Origin: Candidatus Omnitrophota bacterium
Lineage (GTDB): Bacteria > Omnitrophota > Gorgyraeia > Zapsychrales > JANLHA01
DNA: 32,000 nucleotides
Direction: 5' to 3'
Assembly (NCBI GenBank): GCA_963662715.1
Contig: OY759724.1
Location: forward strand, 540,001-572,000
Made by a program: the position numbers and the translations under genes. The first letter of the stretch is position 1, and each line of letters starts with the position of its first letter. Shown here in pieces: positions 9,301 to 16,300 of the stretch. The notes under the pieces were generated by a model. That model did no database searches and was not told the DNA's origin. It worked only from the letters and a program-made list of their open reading frames with translations.

Positions 9301-12300
9301 CACCTTTCATAACTGCGGAATTAGCTGTAAAACTGCAATTAATCAGTGTCGCGTAGCCATCATTGTTGTACATTGCACCACCCCGTTCTGAGAAGTTTCC
9401 ACTAAAGGTGCAATTAATCAACGTCGGCCAAGACATACTAAAATTATACATTCCACCACCGCTGGATTCTGCGGAGTTACCTGTAAAGCTACTGTTAATT
9501 AATGTCGGATTGCTAGAAGTGTCAACAGCCATGCCACCTCCGACTGCAGCAGAGTTACCGATAAAGGAACAGTTAATCAATGTCGGGTTGGCTTGGTCAA
9601 AGATCCACATTCCACCACCCAATGAACCCGAACGGTTTGGTAAGTTATTAATAAAATGACAGTTAATCAATATTGGATTACTATTTCTCCAGACCATCAT
9701 TCCACTACCATTAGCTGCAAAATTGCCGCTAAAAACACAATTAGTCAAAGATGGACTTCCATTATAAATATACATCCCACCACCACGTTCATCTGGCCAA
9801 TCTGGCCAAGCATTTGCATTCCCGCTACGAATCGTAAAACCGTCCAAAACTGCAGTTACATCGGTTCCGCTGCCAGTCACGACATGATAACTGTTTTCAC
9901 TATTATCCCCGCCGGATTCGTCATCACCGTTTAGATCACCGCTTAGAATGGTCACGTTTGTTTCATAATCCCTCTCATTTCGCTGGATTTCCGTGCCGTT
10001 AAATCCGCCGTAAAGAGCTACGTTATTAATGAGTTGGAAAGTAACAGTACGGTCACCTCCGGGCCCGTCTGGTGTATAAGTGCCGGCCGCCACCCAGATT
10101 TCATCACCAGCTAAAGCATTACTCAAAGCATCCTGTAAGTCCACATAGGCGTCTGCCCAGGAACTGCCGTCATTATTTCCTGTCGCACTATCATCCACAT
10201 AAATCGGCCCTTTTTTGTATTCATAAGCCCCCATATCCACGAGCGGCGGTGTGCCGTTACCTGTATCAATCGTTGCAGGATCATCATTAAGCCTAGCGTA
10301 ACCATCTAAGTCATAAGGAAGCGGTTCCGAAGTGTCTCCATCGCCATCCAGGTCAAATGTGTCTGCCGGCACCGCATCATTGTCACCGGCATCAATACTT
10401 GGCGACCCGGCGGAAAGCCGCAAATCATCGTCTTCTGTGCCTAAGATATCATCCAGCCCGTCAGGATCAACGAATAATGGATCGGCGTCAATATTACCGA
10501 TACCCGCATACCCGCCTTGGATGTTGGAGTAGGAAATAACCGGTGAGGAAGAAATATAATAAATTTCTTCAGGAGAATCTCCCCAAAGAATGCAGTTAGT
10601 AAAAATGGGGCTGCCGTAATAGTTGTAAGCCCCCCCTCCGCTTTCTCCTGCAGTGTTGCCGCTAAAAGTACAATTAGTTAAGGTTGAGCTCCCATAATCA
10701 TTGACCATTCCTCCACCCCTTTCTTCTGCAAAATTGGCTCTAAAGGAGCAATTGGTCAAGATTGGGCTGGACGTATAATTATTGAACATCCCACCGCCAT
10801 GTTTTCCGGCGTAGTTTTGGGAGAAGGAGCAGTTATTCAAGTTCGGGCTGGCGTAATCGTTAAACATCCCTCCACCGTGGAATTGGGCAGAGTTTTGGGA
10901 GAAGGAGCAGTTGATTAAAACCGGATTGCATATCCCCTCATTGTTCATTCCCCCGCCGCGGTTAATGGCATAGTTGCTGCGGAAGGAACAATTGGAAAGC
11001 GTCGGACTCCCCTCAACGTTGTATAGTCCTCCGCCATTTTGTTGTTGCCCACTTGAGCCGTTAGCATTCCCCCCCGTTATGGTGACCCCATCGAGAATTG
11101 CCGAGACATCTGTTCCGCTGGCGTTTACGACATGATAACTGTTCTCACTGTTGTTGGCAAAATCAGGCCCGTCATCCCCGTTCAAGTCGCCGCTTAAAAT
11201 GGTCACATTGGTTTCATAATCCCTCTGGGCACGTTGAGTCTCGGTCCCGTTAAAACCGCCGTAAAGAGCAACGCCATTTTTGAGTTGGAACGTGGCCGTG
11301 CGGTCACCGCCCGGCCCGGCAGGCGTATACGTGCCATCGGCCACCCAGATTTCATCACCGGATACAGCCGCGCTCAAGGCATCCTGCAAATCAACGTAAG
11401 CGTCCGTCCAGGAAGTCCCATCATTATTCCCCGTGGCATTACTATCCACATAAATCGTGGCTCTTTTGTATTCATAAGCCCCCATATCCACAAGCGGCGG
11501 AGTGCCGTTGCCGGTATCAATCGTTAATGGATCATCATAAAAACGCACGTCCCCGCCCAAGTCATAAGGAAGCGACTCTGTAGTATCCCCGTCCCCGTCT
11601 AAGTCATAAATATCAGCCGGAACCGCATCATTATCCCCGGCATCGATGCTAGGAGATCCTGCAGAAAGCCGTAAATCATCATCTTCTGTGCCTAAGATAT
11701 CATCCAGCCCGTCAGGATCAACGAATAATGGATCGGCGTCAATATTACCGATACCCGCATACCCGCCTTGGATGTTGGAGTAGGAAATAACCGGTGAGGA
11801 AGAAATATAATAAATTTCTTCAGGAGAATCTCCCCAAAGAATGCAGTTAGTAAAAATGGGGCTGCCGTAATAGTTGTAAGCCCCCCCTCCGCTTTCTCCT
11901 GCAGTGTTGCCGCTAAAAGTACAATTAGTTAAGGTTGAGCTCCCATAATCATTGACCATTCCTCCACCCCTTTCTTCTGCAAAATTGGCTCTAAAGGAGC
12001 AATTGGTCAAGATTGGGCTGGACGTATAATTATTGAACATCCCACCGCCATGTTTTCCGGCGTAGTTTTGGGAGAAGGAGCAGTTATTCAAGTTCGGGCT
12101 GGCGTAATCGTTAAACATCCCTCCACCGTGGAATTGGGCAGAGTTTTGGGAGAAGGAGCAGTTGATTAAAACCGGATTGCATATCCCCTCATTGTTCATT
12201 CCCCCGCCGCGGTTAATGGCATAGTTGCTGCGGAAGGAACAATTGGAAAGCGTCGGACTCCCCTCAACGTTGTATAGTCCTCCGCCATTTTGTTGTTGCC

Positions 12301-12787
12301 CACTTGAGCCGTTAGCATTCCCCCCCGTTATGGTGACCCCATCGAGAATTGCCGAGACATCTGTTCCGCTGGCGTTTACGACATGATAACTGTTCTCACT
12401 GTTGTTGGCAAAATCAGGCCCGTCATCCCCGTTCAAGTCGCCGCTTAAAATGGTCACATTGGTTTCATAATCCCTCTGGGCACGTTGAGTCTCGGTCCCG
12501 TTAAAACCGCCGTAAAGAGCAACGCCATTTTTGAGTTGGAACGTGGCCGTGCGGTCACCGCCCGGCCCGGCAGGCGTATACGTGCCATCGGCCACCCAGA
12601 TTTCATCACCGGATACAGCCGCGCTCAAGGCATCCTGCAAATCAACGTAAGCGTCCGTCCAGGAGGTACCGTCATTAAATCCCGTGGCATTGCTATCCAG
12701 ATAAATCGTGGCGCCATAGGCTTGTCCGGTAAAAATAAATGCTGTACATACTAAGCTGAGAACTGCAAATAGCGTTCTTTTAATCAT
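6344..12787 (-). CDS. Giant secreted repeat protein / putative adhesin: signal peptide, 3 right-handed beta-helix (Pmp/PbH1-like) modules, cadherin/Ig-like domains, 8 x 82-aa repeats
   Basis: 2147 aa. Signal peptide MIKRTLFAVLSLVCTAFIFTGQAYG. Three modules each open with a cap, IYVDSNATGNNDGTSWTDAYVDLQDALSAAVSGDEIWVADGTYTP, continue with coils of about 23 aa of the type NCSFSxNxAxxxGGGMxN, and close with DADPLFVDPDG...DDDLRLSAGSPSIDAGDN...GAYEY. Then come a VNDAPV-bounded cadherin-like domain and a He_PIG/CADG-like domain (PTGANFTDNGNGTGDFSWTP), followed by eight 82-aa repeats. Approximate nt map: signal peptide 12713..12787, module 1 11462..12712, module 2 10211..11461, module 3 8877..10210, cadherin/Ig region 8315..8876, repeats 6347..8314. 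Confidence 0.9.
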   Translation of the reverse strand: MIKRTLFAVLSLVCTAFIFTGQAYGATIYLDSNATGFNDGTSWTDAYVDLQDALSAAVSGDEIWVADGTYTPAGPGGDRTATFQLKNGVALYGGFNGTETQRAQRDYETNVTILSGDLNGDDGPDFANNSENSYHVVNASGTDVSAILDGVTITGGNANGSSGQQQNGGGLYNVEGSPTLSNCSFRSNYAINRGGGMNNEGICNPVLINCSFSQNSAQFHGGGMFNDYASPNLNNCSFSQNYAGKHGGGMFNNYTSSPILTNCSFRANFAEERGGGMVNDYGSSTLTNCTFSGNTAGESGGGAYNYYGSPIFTNCILWGDSPEEIYYISSSPVISYSNIQGGYAGIGNIDADPLFVDPDGLDDILGTEDDDLRLSAGSPSIDAGDNDAVPADIYDLDGDGDTTESLPYDLGGDVRFYDDPLTIDTGNGTPPLVDMGAYEYKRATIYVDSNATGNNDGTSWTDAYVDLQDALSAAVSGDEIWVADGTYTPAGPGGDRTATFQLKNGVALYGGFNGTETQRAQRDYETNVTILSGDLNGDDGPDFANNSENSYHVVNASGTDVSAILDGVTITGGNANGSSGQQQNGGGLYNVEGSPTLSNCSFRSNYAINRGGGMNNEGICNPVLINCSFSQNSAQFHGGGMFNDYASPNLNNCSFSQNYAGKHGGGMFNNYTSSPILTNCSFRANFAEERGGGMVNDYGSSTLTNCTFSGNTAGESGGGAYNYYGSPIFTNCILWGDSPEEIYYISSSPVISYSNIQGGYAGIGNIDADPLFVDPDGLDDILGTEDDDLRLSAGSPSIDAGDNDAVPADTFDLDGDGDTSEPLPYDLDGYARLNDDPATIDTGNGTPPLVDMGAYEYKKGPIYVDDSATGNNDGSSWADAYVDLQDALSNALAGDEIWVAAGTYTPDGPGGDRTVTFQLINNVALYGGFNGTEIQRNERDYETNVTILSGDLNGDDESGGDNSENSYHVVTGSGTDVTAVLDGFTIRSGNANAWPDWPDERGGGMYIYNGSPSLTNCVFSGNFAANGSGMMVWRNSNPILINCHFINNLPNRSGSLGGGMWIFDQANPTLINCSFIGNSAAVGGGMAVDTSSNPTLINSSFTGNSAESSGGGMYNFSMSWPTLINCTFSGNFSERGGAMYNNDGYATLINCSFTANSAVMKGGAIFNFVPDLMLLSNCIFWNDTPDELYEEDPSATTISYSNIQGGYAGIGNIDADPLFVDPDGPDNIPGTEDDDLRLSVGSPSIDAGDNTAVPVDTYDLDGDGDTTEPLPFDLAGDVRFYDDPLTIDTGNGTPPLVDMGAYEYNDINYPPVAEDISDETDEDTAVDITLLATDPDSDPLDYFIVDDPSYGSVVLVDDVATYTPDENYYGEDYFTYIAHDGTVDSNTATVTITVHSVNDAPVLDPIGDRVVDEGDTLSFTVTASDVEGDNLNLVGLNLPTGANFTDNGNGTGDFSWTPGYDQAGEYPNVEFEVSDDGTPSLSDNELITITVNNTEGFTCTIEPQAAIDDGAQWRLTTGPDTGWHDSGDVITGLPSADYRVRFRNIYGWTRPVDQVIPYPAGDYVEVQGTYTPIIEQGSISVTIAPQGAIDDGAQWRMTVGPDTGWHNSGEVISNVAVSTYTIRYRNIYGWERPADGSVTVTLGNTATTTGTYTEIIEEGAISVTIEPQGAIDDGAQWRMTVGPDTDWHNSGEVISNVAVNTYTIRYRNIYGWERPADGSVTVTVGSTATTTGTYTEIIEQGAISVTISPQGAIDDGAQWRMTVGPDTDWHNSGEVISNVAVNTYTIRYRNIYGWERPADGSVTVTLGNTATTTGTYTEIIEQGAISVTISPQGAIDDGAQWRMTTGPDTGWHNSGDMLNNVPVGTYTIRYRNIYGWERPADGSVTVTLGSTATTTGTYTEIIEQGSISVTISPQGAIDDGAQWRMTVGPDIDWHNSGDMLNNVPVGTYTIRYRNIYGWERPADGSVTVTLGSTATTTGTYTEIIEQGSISVTISPQGAIDDGAQWRMTTGPDTGWHNSGDMLNNVPVGTYTIRYRNIYGWERPADGSVTVTDGSTVTTTGTYTEIIEQGAISVTISPQGAIDDGAQWRMTVGPDTGWHNSGEVISNVAVNTYTIRYRNISGWERPVDGSVTVTAGSTATTTGTYVLP
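6347..8314 (-). repeat. Coding tandem repeat, 8 x 246 nt (82 aa)
   Basis: Protein repeats have the form IEQGxISVTIxPQGAIDDGAQWRMTxGPDTxWHNSG....YTIRYRNIYGWERPADGSVTVTxGxTATTTGTYTEI. Antisense ORFs in the track recur every 246 nt (6720, 6966, 7212, ...). The first copy is diverged. Confidence 0.95.
10211..12712 (-). repeat. Coding tandem duplication, 2 x 1251 nt (417-aa beta-helix module)
   Basis: Antisense ORFs at 11234 and 12485 are offset by exactly 1251 nt. Line-by-line comparison by eye shows 10431..11413 identical to 11682..12664 (983 nt). The flanks of each copy carry scattered, mostly synonymous differences. Confidence 0.9.
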
Positions 12788-12850
12788 TCTCTTGTCCTTT
12801 CCTTAATCTTTCGTTTCACTAATAAAAATATTCCTAATAACAGCAATTTA

Positions 12851-12885
12851 AAATAAAAAAAGCAACTCCCGTCTTTGAGAGTTGC
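12851..12885 (-). terminator. Terminator-like hairpin plus U-run inside the putative 5' leader of the giant gene
   Basis: The minus strand reads GCAACTC-(10-nt loop)-GAGTTGC followed by TTTTTTTTATTT. The stem arms are at 12879..12885 and 12862..12868. It lies between the candidate promoter and the ATG at 12787. Confidence 0.4.
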
Positions 12886-12953
12886 CTATAGAAACAATCT
12901 ATCCTCTTCTTTCCATTCAATGGTCCCAGGTGAAATATGTTTATTATTTTAGT

Positions 12954-12982
12954 AATATACTGCGGACAAAAAATATTGTCAA
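12954..12982 (-). promoter_or_regulatory. Candidate sigma70-type promoter upstream of the giant gene
   Basis: The minus strand reads TTGACA (12982..12977), a 17-nt spacer (atattttttgtccgcag) and TATATT (12959..12954). A 7-bp inverted repeat ATTGTCA/TGACAAT (12975..12981 and 12995..13001) overlaps the -35 element. Confidence 0.45.
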
Positions 12983-13350
12983 CGTGATAAAGTATGACAA
13001 TCAGCTTTTCTTGCGTCTTTCCATTTAAGGAAATATAACTCAACGAAATAAATTTTGGGAAAAAGGTCGATTTATATTCTGAGGGAATACCAATTAAGAT
13101 GAAGAAAAAATTTGCTTAACAGTAAAACCCATCGAGGATATTAAAAAAGAAGATACTGATTATCGAGGGAATGGTTCTAACTAAATTTAGGGCTCACTTA
13201 GGAATATTCATAAATTATTAATATTAAATAACTTATGCAGACATAAATTCAGGGTCCCTGATCGGTCTTGTTTCGACACCAGTGACCTTGATTTAAGCCA
13301 GATTCGACAGATTTTTGAGGAAATCGGGCTAAAAATGATCAACTAATCCT

Positions 13351-16300
13351 CTACCAGCGATCATGAGTAGTTACGATATTATCCGCCCCATAAATCTCGT
13401 TAACAAGCATAAGATCTATTAAATCAAGAATCTTTCTTCTAGCCTCTGCATTTGACTCAGATGATACATATTCACGTCTCAGAAGATCTTGAAGTTGGTG
13501 GACATCTGTACCCCGCCTTCCATGTTGATCGCCTTTTTCCGCAATATCTTTAATAACTTGTTGAGCCGCTTCAAGAACAAGATCAAGCACGTCACACGTA
13601 GCCTCTTCCAACATATGCAAAACCGCAAAGCCATTATTCACAAAAGCCGGTGATTTCAAGAATACATCTGCTAAGTCATGATATAATCCAACATCTTGCG
13701 CGGGAACATTTCTGAAGGCATCCGCGGCTTGATTTCGGACATGCTCATCTTCATCAAAAAAGAATTCCTTTAAAAGGGCTTCTGCCCGATGCCTATTCTC
13801 AGCCCAAGTTATTACATCACAGGCCACATCGGCTAGAAGCCTTCGATGATGAACACTTTTCAAAGCCAGTTTATTGGCTTGATCAATATAAGATTCATTC
13901 CTGAAACTTTCACCGAAGACAAGCCATGCCCCTACAAGTCCCATCGTTTCATCACCACTTTCCAATAATTTTGGAATAAGTTCAGCAGCGAGTTCGGGCA
14001 ACCAATGGAAAATGTATGGAAAAAGATACACACCCTGATGTGTAATAAGCGGATAAAGCCGTTGAATATCGCTTTGATGGGGAGAATCATTTGGAAGAAT
14101 AATTAACTTTTGAAGCGAGGTTGTAAATCGTTTTTTATCTTTATTAAATAGTGGAGTCAAAGTTTTTATCATACAACAACGTACGCTAATCAAAGGCTCA
14201 TTATCAAGCGCGATATCAATTACTTCCCAAACTCTATCCTCTGTCTCCGCTACCTGCCACAAAACTGCACTTAAAGCTTCCCAAGCCTGACCACGCACGC
14301 CACTGATACCACGAATATGAATCTGACCACCCCGTTGAAGAAGACTCTCAATATTCATGACTTCACGTTCTGCATTCTGAATATCTGAGTCTTTACCTTC
14401 ATCTGCTTCCCCATTCAAAGCATACCAGATTAACAATTCGAGTATTTCAGAATCACCAGCTACCTGAGGATGCTTTTCTATCAATCGCGCGACCTCTCTA
14501 CCAAAAGGTTTTTTGGAATGCATGTGGGCTCGTTTTACAGCCTGCACTAATGACTCATCAGAAGCTGTTTCCGTCTCTGCCAGACCATATAAAATAGCTC
14601 TAATGTATGAATCATGTGCATCATCAGATATTTTCAAACTTAAGTCCGAAAACCGTTTTGGATCCTTTTTTGTGGCTTCTTGAAGCTCACTGGCAAGCTG
14701 TCTCGCACCGCCATCAACAAAACCATGACCCCGGCGCCTATCTTCATCATTGTCATATCGTTTAATTGCAGAAAGCCAGTGTTTGTCTTTCATTTTTTCG
14801 CATTGAGCCCGTTTAATAGGTGAACCCACAAAATATGCACCCGATTGGCATGGTTCCGCAATTCTTCCTTTTTGGAATTTCCGACGAAGTTCATGTAACC
14901 GCGTCCTAACAGTAGGACCAAGCAATTCCTCTCCTATCTTTTCTAAAATACACCATTGTTCATATCCCGACCTATTAAGATCATAAATGGCTCCTTTTTT
15001 TGTTAGAAAAGGTTCTGTCTCCCCCTCCTGATTGATCCTTTGTAGACGGCTAATAGCAAAATCTATCCCTGGCTTATAATTGAGAATAGCTTGCTCAATG
15101 GTATTTTTCTTTTCAGTATCTAAATACGGAAATGCTGCCTGACAAGCTTGGGCAAATGACAACCAGTCTGTACCTTGATATCCTGCATCAAAACTCATTT
15201 TGTTAGCGATAAGATCGGACAAATGATTTCCAAAATATTCTGGATTTGATTGAATAACCTCCAAGTGCAAATGCATAAAGCATTCATGCTTATCCGGATT
15301 AAGCTTTTCAAGATAACCATCCGAGATTTCAGGATTATCTTTTGAAACCTGCTTAAAAGCAGACCGAAACATTCCCAGAAATCCATCAAATCCGAAACGA
15401 TCACCCGAAAAAGTTCTATAATTAAAATTATACCAATTTTTACCCTTTTCCCCCTCCGTCACCACCATATCAATTGAACGGGTCAACGCATTAATTGTCC
15501 CTTGCAAAAATGCTTGGGGAGCTTTCTTGGCAAGTTCTCCAAGAGAATGAGTATCAAATGCTTTCAGCTCGTCACGCTCAAAAGGATTGCGGCCAGGATT
15601 GAGTGCAAACCATGCTTCAAAAAGAGAGTGAAGTACCCGTCCACAGCGCTCAGGTGATTTCTCACCCCATGTATGAAGCAGCATCATAATACGGTCTCGC
15701 CCGCGATTCTGAAAAAGATCTTTGGGATGGGAATTGATGACATCTTCACATAACTGAAGGAGGTCGTCATCGGGTTTATTCCGCCTCACAAAACCAAACC
15801 AATTAAGAAGTTGGTCTGCACGCTCCGTATCATCCCCCCACCAAGAACGCAATATACTGGCAATCTCTGCTGGCCGTTCCCCTGCTATATGAGAAAGCCA
15901 CCAAAGCACTGTTTCGAGCCGCTCTTTATTCCTAGCTTCCAGTTGATTTTGTATCCATTTCTTCTCATTCAACAAGTCAAACCATGCCTGTGTCGATAAA
16001 ACTGCTTTACGAAATAATTGATGAAATCTTCCCGACTGATCATCAAACCTAGAAATTATTTCGAATTCTTGTTCGTTAGGATTATCAATTGAGTTTAACC
16101 ATTGGCAGATGGCAGTCTTAATATGAAAACGAATATCTTTAGAAAAAAGAACCGACGAAAGTTCGGCAAGATAACGTTGAGGATCATTTTGCCTTAAGGT
16201 CTCCAGAATCTGCCGCACCTGGGTCCGCCGGAAAAGATGCTGTTCAATTGTTGTAAGAAAAGAGATTATGCTGGTATTCTGATTTACAAATGCACGAGCA

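Noticed and set aside
10630-11075. C7 homopolymer tracts (10630..10636 and 11069..11075, with their duplicates 1251 nt upstream) as possible slipped-strand phase-variation sites in the adhesin gene.
   Set aside because: Seven nucleotides is short for efficient slippage. The tracts encode the conserved GGG of the beta-helix coils, so protein sequence alone explains them.
9363-12754. Plus-strand and alternative-frame ORFs inside the giant gene (e.g. 9363, 9656, 10072, 10332, 11234, 12485).
   Set aside because: They are nested inside and antisense to a 2147-aa ORF with clear domain content. The pair at 11234 and 12485 only reflects the 1251-nt duplication.
12834-13043. A 69-aa minus-strand ORF in the giant-gene upstream region.
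   Set aside because: It lies in AT-rich intergenic sequence and overlaps the candidate promoter and terminator hairpin. It has no Shine-Dalgarno sequence and the peptide is implausible.
13191-13346. An open plus-strand frame ending ...DLDLSQIRQIFEEIGLKMIN*, 4 nt from the STAND gene stop. It looks like the C-terminal tail of a protein.
   Set aside because: It has no usable start codon (stops at 13182 and 13188; the only ATG is 3 codons before the end). At best it is a gene remnant left by an insertion, and I cannot support it as a feature.
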